Positions 51,226 through 64,000 of a stretch of 64,000 bases of DNA are shown here, in pieces. Position 1 is the first letter of the stretch, and each line of letters starts with the position of its first letter. The DNA comes from the human T2T-CHM13v2.0 reference genome, Homo sapiens, in NCBI RefSeq assembly GCF_009914755.1, contig NC_060929.1, one strand, 5' to 3'. The notes below the pieces were generated by a model, which saw only the letters and a list, made by a program, of their open reading frames with translations, did no database searches and was not told the DNA's origin. The translations under genes and the position numbers were made by a program.

Positions 51226-52386
51226 AGTCCCACAAGGTAAATAATAACAATACTAATAAATAAATACAATATTTTTAAAAAGAGAAAATAAAAGTGATTT
51301 TCACCATGAATGCTGCCCAGTAGCTGACAACTGCTTGGGGGTGTAGAAGCCCACTCTTGAGGCCATGCTAGGAGAACCCCTGCCTGGGTGTGCCTTCTTT
51401 GTTCTCACTGACCATCTGCAGAACTGGTCTCACTCACACCATTCAAAAATTTATCCAAAATACCACTCTAAACTCTAATGATTTTCCATCCCTCTCAAAC
51501 AAACATGCAAATCAGCTTGGCCAGACTTGGAGCAGAAGGCAGTGTGGTCAGGAAGGGAGAATCCAGATGAGAAGGAGCACACAGGATGTTCTCATAATTT
51601 ACATTTGTTCATATGAGCATGTTATGTTGGATGTAAATGGAGAGCGTCCTCTTAAGACACACAGTTTAAGTAAAAATATTTCAAAATGCTTCCCAGAAAC
51701 CCACAAAGCAAACACGAGACCCACTCAGACCTCTACAACCCTCTCTTTGACCTTGATCCCTGAGTCTTTTGGTGGCAAGTTTCCCAGGCTCACTCGGTGC
51801 CACCTTACTTTGTTTTCTGGTTCTCTCCAAGGGCTTCCAAAATTCCCTTCCCTGTTACATAATCTGAAAGGACAAACTTCCCTCTGGTTGGCCAAAAGTG
51901 ACCTGGATATCCTTAACACCAGAATCTTCCCTCCCCACTTTTGTGGTCTATTATCCTGAAGTCAGTATGTCTTCTTGGCTTTTGTGTTCTCAGCCTTCCA
52001 GGAATCCACAAGTGGAAGTCGCATGGCCTCTCTTCCTGCTTCTGGTGGCTTCTGGGACCTTCCACTCTAAACTCTAATCATTTAGAAGGAATGCTATTCA
52101 TGTGGAAGGAATATTTTCACAGCGGTCTCCCTGACTCCCACAGTTCCATCCCTCTCCTCTTTTCTGGTTCCATGTTCTGGCATGTCACAGTATAGTCAAG
52201 CACATTTTCACAGCCTTCATCTTTTTATTCTGGAACTCAAACCAGAAGTCTAAGACAAAAAACTACATGGCTCTTTTTGAAAGAGAAGGCAAAAAAAGAA
52301 TAATAATTTAGATAGAAGAATTCTCATCCTGAATGTGAGAAACCTGCTTAAAGTGCATAGCTGGATAGTTACAAAAGTTTGTATTA

Positions 52387-52749
<363 letters not shown>

Positions 52750-52826
52750 ATCTTCACAGTAGTACAGCCATATGTCTTAAGCATGACCAATCTGCTGTGA
52801 AAAGTGTCTCTTAAAACTGTGTTCAT

Positions 52827-53133
52827 GGTCGAGTGTGGTGGCTCATACCTATAATCCCAGTACTTGGGAAGGCCAAGGCAAGAGGGTCACTTGAGCCCAG
52901 GAGCTTGAGACTAGCGTAGGCAACATGGTGAGACCCTGTCACTACAAAAAATAAAAAATTTAAGTGAACATGGTGGCATATACTTGTGGTCCCAGCTACT
53001 TGGGAGGCTGAGGCAAGAGGATCAGTTGAGCCCAGGAGGTCGAGGCTACAGTGAGTTGTGTGCCACTGTGCTCCAGCTTAGGTGACAGAGTGAGACCATC
53101 TCAAAAAAAAAAAAAAAAAGAAAAGAAAAAAAA
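52827..53133 (+). mobile_element. Alu (AluJ)
   Basis: Dimeric Alu. Confidence 0.95.
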
Positions 53134-53274
53134 TGTTCACTCATACAGTACAAAGATAGATTTTTAAAACTATGTAGTCTACTAAGGATTTTAAAGAAAG
53201 CAAACAAAAAATGGAAGAATGAAAATGAATAACAGAAGCCAAATGGATACAGAGCCTTTGAAAAACATGAACAA

Positions 53275-53796
<522 letters not shown>

Positions 53797-54139
53797 TTAC
53801 TACCGGTGCACTATTTGGATAAGAAAGAACACAAAATATCTCATAAGCAGAAATTGACCTCAATGAAGAAAACAGGAATCTCAGAGGGCAGGTTTAACTC
53901 CATAATAGAAAACAAATGTACCAGAGAGATACCAACAAAAATAGCAACTCAGTTTAGAATCACTCTGTCAAGAAATCTTTCTGGAGCATCAACTTTTGCA
54001 AGGTCCATGGCAAGAACCACCCCACCCTTTTTACCTAATTTCCCTCTGCTTGCAATGCTAAGTCAAGAGCCAGATGCTCTGACATGGCTGGGACAACCAA
54101 TAAAGCAGTGGCCCCATTTAATGATGATCTAGGGAAAGA

Positions 54140-54270
54140 CTGTAAAATACCAATGCTTGGGCCCCACACCAGACCACTTTAGTAAGTATCCTAGGGTATG
54201 GGGCCAAGGCAGTTGGTGACTTTTAAAAGCAGGTGATTCTAAATGGGCTGCCAAGATTGTGATCCACTGT
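54140..54270. mobile_element. MER5-like hAT fragment
   Basis: gcttgggccccacaccagac..caggtgattctaa..atccactg. Confidence 0.55.
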
Positions 54271-54739
54271 AGAGGAAGCAAGAAAAGCTGCACCTGGTGT
54301 ACTTGTGGCTCCAAACACCACATTATTGCTTCTGACTCTGTGCTTTGTGGAAACCACTTCTCTTAGTCTTCTGATAACCCATTAACTGCCTTCTTGATGT
54401 TCATGAACTCCTCATAATACCCTCCTCCAGCACCGTAATTGGAGAATATTTTATGGAATTTCTGATATGCATAGCCGAACAACCAACTTGGCCATACTGA
54501 TGGCTATTTGGATCTTAAAAATGTCCTTTTGAAGAAGAGAAGGCCACCAAGATTAGCTTTCCATTTTTATTTGCCTGTTCCAAGGCTGATGTCGCTTGGG
54601 TCCTAAGTGCTCTCATAGCAGTCTTCTGCCTGCAGAACGGGGAGAAGTAATGAGGTCAATATCAGAGTTTGTAAATACAGGCAGCCTGAAGACAATATAC
54701 AGAGGAGTGTTTCAAAGGTCCACTCTGGTCAGGCATCCA

Positions 54740-55110
54740 AGCTTTGATTCTCGGCTCCACTCTTTCTGGTTTTACGACTTGGGCAAGTTGCTGGATCTAC
54801 TTGAAACTCAGTTTCTGCACCTGTGAAAACAGGGTAATACTACATCCAAGTTGCTGTGAGGATTAAGAAAAATCTCCCACCTACTAAAATTTCAATCCTA
54901 TGTTAGCTCTTAGCAGAGAGTGTTGCACAGCAGTTAAGAATGATGCCTCTGGAGTCAGCTTACCCTCGTTTAAATCCCAGCATTGCTACTCACTAGCTGA
55001 GTGGCTTTGGGCAAGTTACTTAATCTCTCTGTGCTCCAGTTCCCTCTTGTGCCCCAAAGGGATAATTATACCTACAGGGCTGATGTCATGATTAAATGAC
55101 CTAACATTAG
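54740..55110 (+). mobile_element. Two MIR fragments
   Basis: Two ttgggcaagtt cores with ctcagtttc/ccagttccctc motifs. Confidence 0.7.
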
Positions 55111-55331
55111 GACGACCTGACATCCCAGTTTGCTTAGGACAGTTCCAGTTTCTGCCTTTAGTCCTAGTGTTCTGGCTGGCTTAGAAGTTACCCATCCTCT
55201 TTCACTCTCAAAATTGTCCCAGATTAGACAATTAAGTAGACAGTCATCATAGTTAATATATACATGGCATAGAAAAGTACTTAGTATAGAATAGCTGCTA
55301 AATATGTGTTAGCTGCTAATATTAGCTCCTA

Positions 55332-55633
55332 CAGCAGTACTAACCAATAGAAATATGTAAGCCATGTATACTTTTAAATTTTCAGCAACCACATTTCTAA
55401 AGGTAAAAAAGAAATAGGTGAAATTAGTGTTGAGATTTAACCCAATATATCCCAAAATTATTTCAATGCCTAATATAAAAAGTATTAGTGAGACATTTTT
55501 TTCATTTTGTAAAATACTAACTCTTTGAAATCTGGTGTGAATTGCATTTACAGCACAGCACAATTCAGACTAGCAACATTTCAAGTGTCCAGCAGCCATG
55601 TGTGGCTAGCAGCTAACATGCTGCCCAGCACAG
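55332..55633. mobile_element. MER33-like (hAT-Charlie)
   Basis: ccaatagaaat..aaagaaataggtgaaatta..catttcaagtg..gccatgtgtggctag. Confidence 0.75.
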
Positions 55634-56601
55634 CTCTGAGGATTTATATTCCTCCCGTGTGATGATGGACCAGAGAGTCTTACAGCCTTCTCAGGTCTGT
55701 AATGCCGAGTTTGAGATGCTTAGCTTCTCTGCCACACTCTGCAAGCAGGGCACTGATGCAGGTCTTCGGAATGTATTTATTGCCAAAGATCTTAGCCTCG
55801 TTTCCTCGGCAGGTGCCCAACCTCACTGAGAAGAATATTGTAGTAGCCTCTTACCCTTGGAGAAATCTCTGCTGACTCCCTGGCAAGTGGAAAAACCATG
55901 AGCCAATTAGTGTTTTGCAGGCTACTTCATTACTATGGTCTTACTAATTATGAAAAGGAATGCCAAGGTTATTTTATTAATTTTCCCATGTTACAGTTTT
56001 CTTCTATTTGGAAACATCCCCAGGAAAATACAAAAAGTGTTTTTTCTATGAATATTTGGACTTTTTCTGGTAGATTATCTCCCTCCAACCTTCTGATTGT
56101 GTTATTGCATTTTTATTCTATTCTCTGGACTGGGTCCAATATCTCCACATTCCTCTAAATCATGCTGCCTCTAACTAGACCCAGAAGTACAGTCAGCTCC
56201 TGACCAAACACCAAATAAAGTGGAGAATGACTTTTTGGCTGTGGTGTGATATCTATCTCTCCTTCCTCCTGCAGGGGCAGTTTCTTGTTATCCCAACAAG
56301 TCTTAGCTTTGGTTCCTCAGACTTGGGCAATCAAGATACTCATAATCTAAGAAGAACCAGTATTGATGAAGGATGAGCAAGGAAAAAGGGATGATATCAT
56401 TTAATCTCAAGAATAAAAATTGAGCCCACTCAATCAATGAATTTCATTTGTGATGTCCTGGATGGCAACACTCTTTGGAGTTTACAATTGTATTGCTTTG
56501 ACAAGACTGACCTGCTAGTGTGATCAGAAAACAATGTTTCGTCATGAAATGACAGGGCAGTTTTGCTTATGAAGGGTCTACAAACTAAGAGAATAGGTTT
56601 A

Positions 56602-57028
<427 letters not shown>

Positions 57029-59109
57029 TCTTGGAGGTCATGTACTTTGATGTTCCCTTCTACTAATGAGGAAAGGGGGAACAGGGGAAGTTAAAACCCT
57101 TGGTGAAGGTCAAATGGCAAGTAAGCAAAAGAAATGGGTCAGGAAACCCAGTCTCCTTGCTCTTGGTGCTCATGGCACTACATATTACACTGCTGTTACC
57201 TTGATATTTGGATAAAGGAATGCAACATACTGCTCCTCCCAAAAGGTTTTACTACTTTACACAGGTTAGCTGGTCATTTTATTTTTGCTTCTTTAACTCA
57301 ACCCCTTTCACCTGGGCCTAGTTCTCATCAAAGGGTGGTATTCAATGTATCCAATGAACCCAATTAGCATTTCTAAAACGCCTGGGCAACACAACCAATA
57401 AGAAGATGCTATTGAACCTCTTACTTCCCCACTAATCCCCCTGCAGTTGGCAGAACTTAGCTGCCATGCTCAGTCTACAGACTACAAAGTTGCTTTGAGT
57501 TTCAAAAGTGGGGATCTGGAAAAGGATCTTGGCACAGCCCAAAAAAATAAGAATACTTTCACAACGATCCCTCATCCAGAGTTAGACTTGCTGACTTTAG
57601 AGGGTGGGAGTGTAAACTAAGGAGAATCATATACAAACCACCTATGGGAATCTAAGAGGTGATAGGCTGGTAGGCTCTTTGGAGGTGGCTGGGACAGAGA
57701 AAAAAGAAGAGGGACAGGACCTCTGTGAATCAAAGTCAGATGTGCCTGCCTTAGACAATCATTGTTTAATGTTGTCTAATATTTTAACTCCTTCAAAATG
57801 TCAACTGTTCCTACAGAATACACACATGTCAAATTTCCAAGACAGCATCATCTACCTGTACCATGCTCCAAATCCCATCCTCCCAGCTGCCCCTACTTGA
57901 ACCAGACTGACCTGCAAAAATAGAGCAGAAAACTCACAGGCAGTAATGTTCCCCTTAAATACCCTACAATATGTCATTAACAAGAATCACGATGAAACAC
58001 TATTGTAGAAATTGCCAGCATTAAACCAAAAGAATGTTGGTCAGTTCATGTTTCTTTTACAGTGTGACTTTGTTTGAGAGGGATAAAGGACAGGAAGAGG
58101 AGTGTACATCTTGCTTTAGCTGTTCCTCACTTGGCTAAGGAACTTTTGCTGTAGGAAGTGAAGACCCTGCACCTAGTTACAAGGCTTTTGATGCTTGTTT
58201 GTCAAGTTCAACTGTTAAAGGGGAGATAGGCTCTTCCCTAGTAGGGAGAGGGAGGAAGGAAAGGGGGATGGGGCGGGGGGAGGGAACAGGTAATATCTGC
58301 CATATAAATATTAGTATGTAGCTGACACGTTATAAACTGAGCTGTTAGGGTGAATTTCAATTTTGTTGGAATCGACCTTTTTTCCCTCTTAAGTTCAATT
58401 GACTTACAGTAGATCCCAGAAAGAACTCAATACGTTATTTATTCTAGAAAGCTTTCTTCCCTGAGCAAAGGAGGCAGAGCTAACGAGGAGAAGGGAGGAG
58501 CTTAGGTGAACAGAACTGAAGTCACAGCTGGTTAGCATGACTAGAATGCATGGAAAAGCCAGCCCAAATTAGATGAGTGGGTAGATAGAGAGCTTTGAAA
58601 TCCTTGGAATTAATGGTGGAGTCCATCGTAATTGAAAGGTCGGGCCTTAGTGGGCTGGGATAGGGAGAGAAGCTGTCGGGGACCTGGGGCAGTGAGCCTG
58701 TACCCCGTGGCTTCTCACACACTATTTTGAAGGCGTTCCCATGCGCAATCTCGCCTGTCAGTTCAGGCTGTAGGTTTCTCCTTTCTAACTCCTGAGCAGA
58801 ACAACACTGAACGGTGGTAGTCTTGCCTTGCCACCCAATGAGTGCTAGAAAACAGTCACTTCAACCAATTGGTTCAGTCCGGAGAACGTGAGCACATTCT
58901 ACTTTACTTTCTGTTCAATGATTTTGGAAAACAACCTTTTAGATTCTGGTCAGAAGGGGCTTGGATCCGTGACTTTGAAACACTCGCCACTACCACAAAC
59001 GACTTTGGAAGTTAATCAGAAATAAACAGTATCTGGGATCTCATCCGTCCTAAACCCAGGGGTCAGAGCGTGGGGGGCTTCCACTAACTTCAGGTTAAGA
59101 GGATGAAAC

Positions 59110-60720
59110 AGATCCGCGGAGAAGGGTCCCACGATCCCTGGAGACTAAAAGCAAGCCACGAACAGCCGGGACGCGCGGGCCGGGGAGATGCGCCGGGGGC
59201 TGGAGGGCGGAGAGCACCCCCCGCAGGTCCCGGCCAGAGCCCGGGGCCGGGTCACCTGACTCGCGGAATTTGGGGCCGCGAGGGGTGGAATGGGAGGGGA
59301 ATGGTTAGCGCCTCCCTTCCCGCTCCCACTGGATCCAGGTCGGCGGGGGCCGGCGCCCGGCGGCCACGTGGTGGTGCTGCCGCTGCCCCCGCCCCGCCGG
59401 CCTAGCCCGGGAGCTCGGCGCCCACTGACCCCCGCAGCGGGGGAGGAGGAGGGACTGCGGCGCAGGAAGCCGAGCAGGAAGCGAGCCCGGCGGCCGCGTT
59501 TTCCTGGGGAAGCGGCGGGCGGGGTGGAGCAGCCAGCTGGGTCCGGGGAGCGCCGCCGCCGCCTCGATGGGGTGAGTGCGCGGCACGGAGTTGGGAGGCT
59601 CCCGGCGCGGGGTCCCGGGCTCGTGTCCCCGCCTTTGTGTCTGGAGCTCGGGCGCGGGAGGCGCTGGGGACGGCGCCCGGGCGGAGCGGCTGAGCGGGCT
59701 GCAGCCGGGGTCCCGCCACCTCTCCCTGGTCCACCGCCGGCAGCCCACTGTCTGCGGAGAGCAGATCTGGGGACAAGAGGAAGGAGAGGAAGGTGGAGAT
59801 GAGGGTAGAGCGGGAAGACCCGGCCAAGTTAGGAGAAGGGTTCTTCCCGGGTCCTCCGCGACTCGCAGGCCGGCTGGGGCGGGGCGCGGGGCAGGGGCCG
59901 CGGCGGAGGGAGCGCGGGTGGGAATGAATGAGCAGACCCGGAGATGCACCCTGGAGTCTGCGCCGGGTCCCACCTGTTTCGCCCCGCGCGGCGCCTCGCT
60001 GCCCCCGCGTCGGTGCTGCTGAGCCCAATCCGCCTCCCGGCTGAACTTGGAGGAGGTGGGGAGGGAGGTGCGAGCGGGAGACTCCGGGTGGCTCCCAGGA
60101 CGCGGGGTCCGCTATTGTTCCTCCTCTGACTCCAGGGAGCCCCTCGGCCGGCCCAAGGGCGGGGGCGAGACCCCTCTGGGCCTGCCCCTGCCCCCTACCT
60201 TGTTTTCCCCGCCGCAGCTCGGGGAGAACGGATGCTGGAGTTGGGGCAGACTCGGGGCCGCCGGGACTTCGGGAGTAAGGAGGACGTGGAGCCACCAGAA
60301 AGGCGCCCGCCATCTCCCGCGACCCCTGCCTGGTGGGGGGTGGGGGGTGGGGTGTCGTCCTCAACCACCTTCGCTGCCTTCTTGGGCAGGTTGGTGTCGG
60401 TTTAGTTTCTGCGGTTTGCAGGGTTGACATCCTAACTCCTTTGAGTTTCGCATCCCCCTTTTGTGGAGGGGGCTCAGAGCCTGGAGAAGCAACAGACGGG
60501 GAATTAAGGCAGATGCAGCCCAGCACAGCGTGGAGGGGTCCGAAGTGGCCTCACGGGGGCCTGAGCATGGCTGTCTTTCCAGGCTCCTCTTTATTTGCCA
60601 GGAGCCCAGCTAAGCCCAACTTTACTCCCAGAAATGTTGAGGGGAATCTGCGGACTCGAGGCCCCTCGCCTCGGGACCAGCGGCTTCTCTTCGCCGCAGC
60701 TCACGCATGATCGGGGTGGG
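59110..60720. promoter_or_regulatory. CpG island promoter
   Basis: Abrupt rise in GC and CpG density against a CpG-depleted background; GC boxes, E-box CACGTG 59365-59370, two CAGGAAGC ETS-like sites. Confidence 0.95.
59430..59571 (+). other. RAI14: First (5' UTR) exon, probably RAI14; start approximate
   Basis: Consensus donor GGG|GTGAGT at 59571/59572 inside the CpG island. Gene name rests on my recollection of the RAI14 mRNA 5' end (..gagcgccgccgccgcctcgatggg); not verified. Confidence 0.55.
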
Positions 60721-61607
60721 ATTCCGTCTTCCTTCCGGGAGAGGAGAATGCCCAGCTGCCTGGGATGGGGAAACGTTGCCGGATCTCTGGGGAATGTGGT
60801 CTCAAGGCTGCAGGGGCCTGGCAGAGAGGAACTGTCCATCACTAGGACATAGCCGAAGCTCGCCTTAGCGAAGAGAGTCTCACCTCCTCGGGCTTTGCAC
60901 AGAGTTGGAGAAGAGGTCGGGAATCACAGGGAGGCTGGATTTTGGCTGCTCTGTCCCCAGCCTGCAGGTCCCTGTTCGCCCTGTGGCTCGGAATTTTATT
61001 ACTGATGTATATAATCTGATAATCTTTTCTTAATGATGCCTAACAAGTGTGATTTTTTTCCCCCTTGGGTTTGTAAGACAGTTGATTTTATGTGAGGAGA
61101 TTGATCCAGTTCTTATATTTTAGCCAGTGCTTGTCTAACAGAGATTGGGAGAGCTATCCCGTGCTGGGCTGTTGCACAGTTTTCATCTCCATTCACTGAG
61201 ATGCTTCAGTAATGAATTTATTGTTTTATGGCTTTTTGGAGATGGTGGTGGTGGTGGTGTGATTATAACCCTGCTGGAAAATCTTATTACTGTTATCTGA
61301 ATTGAAGAGACAGAAAGGATGCTGAGCCCCCTAGGGATTCCGTAGGGGAATGATGTAGTGTCCCGCCCACCAGTAGTGAACCTGACAGTGAAATTCTCTC
61401 TCCAGTCTGCTAGTTTTCAAAGCATGTTCTAGGCAGGTACACGTACTATCACCTAGGCTTTAAAAGTGAAGAAGCAGATTTGGAGGTTAAGAACAACTGG
61501 GCCTTGGAATTAATAGAATGCAGTGGACAACTTTTGCCTCTCCTTCCTCCACCCCCTCCCTCCCTTCCTTCTTTCCTTTTTTTTCATCCTTTAAAAATAA
61601 AAATAAG

Positions 61608-61976
<369 letters not shown>

Positions 61977-62321
61977 CTAGGTTTAATAGTTGCTAATATT
62001 TTCATATTTGATCCATACCTCTCCCCCCCCGGAAAAATAAACTATAACTTAAATATTTGATCTATTCCTACTCCTTTGCCTCCATCCTCAGGTAACCTCT
62101 AATGTGAAGTTAGCGCACACAGTTCTCAAGCATGTTTGGAACTACACTGTATCCACAAAAAAATACATGTGAGTTTGTGTTTAACATTTTACATAAATGG
62201 CATAATTCTACCTATGTATAGCTTGCATTTTTAACTTACTATGTTTTTGAGATACATGTGTTAATAGATCTTTATTCACTTTAGCTGTTACAGAGAATCC
62301 CAGTGTATGAAAAAAGTATAG

Positions 62322-62650
<329 letters not shown>

Positions 62651-62991
62651 TAGTTTTTCACTGTTACACTTTTTCTGCTGAGTGACACTCTATTTCCATT
62701 TTCATTTTTATTTTTATTTCTTTTTACTATAACAGTTTGTACAATAAACATCCTGAGATGTTTTCTTGTGCACACATTTTTCTGTTACACACTTATTTAG
62801 TTAGTTGCTGGGTAATGAAGTTTAGGTAATATTGCATTTATTATTCATTCTTCAACAAATATTTAGGGTGCTTGTATGGTCTTGGCTATCTGTTGACTAA
62901 AAAAGTGAAACTGATTAAATTCTAAGAAGATTACATAGTTGGCTGGATTATTTTTTTCTTTTTTCTTTCTTTGTTTTAATTAAGAAAAGTG

Positions 62992-63556
62992 GGACTGGTG
63001 TAGTGTTGCATGCCTGTAATCCCAGCACTTTGGGAGGCCAAGGCAGGAGGATTGCTTGAACTCAGGAGTTCAAAACTAGCCTGGGAAACATGGTAAAACC
63101 TCATCTCTACAAAAAATACAAAAATTAGCTGGGTGTGGTGGTGTGCCTGTGGTCCTAGCTACTCAGGAGGCTGAGGTGGGAGGATTGCTTGAGTCCTGGA
63201 TGTCAAGGCTGCAGTGAGCCTAGATTACACCACTGCATTGCAGCCTGGGCGACAGAGTGAGACCCTGTCTCAGCTCCCAGCACTTTGGGAGGCCGAGGCA
63301 GGTGGATCACCTGAGGTCAGGAGTTCGAGACCAGCCTGACCAACATGGAGAAACCCCGTCTCTACTAAAAATACAAAATTACCCAGGCGTGGTGGCGCAT
63401 GCCTGTAATCCCAGCTACTCGGGAGGCTAAGGCAGATGAATCGCTTGAACCTGGGAGGTGGAGGTTGCAGTGAGCCGAGATCCCACCGGCCATTGTACTC
63501 CAGCCTGGGCAACAAGAGTGAAACTCCAACTCAAAGAGAGAAAGAAAAAGAAAAAG
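62992..63556 (+). mobile_element. AluJ (62992-63272) fused to a 5'-truncated AluSp-like copy (63275-63556)
   Basis: gaccctgtctca|gc|tcccagcactttggg junction. Confidence 0.9.
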
Positions 63557-64000
63557 TGGCTCTTCATTGTAAAATTGAAGCATGAGACAAATCCATGGTG
63601 CTGTTTGGGATTCTTGTGCAGAAACCTTTTCTCAGCTACTCACTGGCCGTGTGACCTTGGATTACTCACCCAACCTCCTCTTCCTCATTTCTTTGGTAAG
63701 ATTAAGGGGTAGGAGTAAGCATTTACAAAGGCACATTCCTGTTCTAAGAGTCTGTGAAAATGTTGCTGTGTTAGTGACGCATTTTTACCCTAATGGTAAC
63801 CACTCAGGCTGAAAGGAGTTTAAGGCATTTAAACACATTGGCGTCCTCATTCCTTCAAATTGCTGGGCACATTCTTTTTTTTTTTTTTCCCTAAGTTCAT
63901 GTCAGACACATGTTACACATGCAATCATCATGCTCGTGAATTCTGCAAAAGGATCACCAGGCGTCTTGCCTCAGAGCCTTTGCATGTGCTCTTCCCACTA

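Noticed and set aside
51390-51959. 189-aa + strand ORF
   Set aside because: GTG start, no domain, and no splice context I can support; length compatible with chance.
59103-60852. Long overlapping ORFs (up to 374 aa) in the CpG island
   Set aside because: Pro/Gly/Arg/Ala-rich, present in several frames on both strands, and expected from stop-codon scarcity in GC-rich DNA; no recognisable domain.

Overview
Primate (very probably human) genomic DNA, not prokaryotic. About 59 kb of repeat-rich intergenic sequence is followed by a CpG-island promoter (~59.1-60.7 kb) with a + strand first exon ending at a GGG|GTGAGT donor (59571/59572), then the start of intron 1. From memory, that exon matches the 5' UTR of RAI14 (5p13.2); this is unverified. 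I see no host protein-coding exon; nearly all ORF-track entries are Alu, L1, LTR or GC-island artefacts. The repeats are roughly 45 Alu/FLAM/FAM copies, several MaLR solo LTRs (THE1, MST, MLT1), DNA transposon fossils (Tigger3b x2, MER2, MER30, MER33, MER45, MER58, MER63, Kanga-like), L2 and MIR fragments, and one full-length ~6.16 kb L1PA6/7-like element on the - strand with a perfect 16-bp TSD. The most notable observation is that this L1 has decayed ORF1/ORF2 but an open, extended antisense ORF0 (49501-49833) with a strong Kozak ATG and splice donors pointing at the gene ~9.5 kb downstream. Candidate AP-1/TEAD/RUNX and NF-kB enhancers and a CTCF motif are also visible. I found no evidence of a wholly new biological system. 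Subfamily names are recognition from memory, and many boundaries are approximate.
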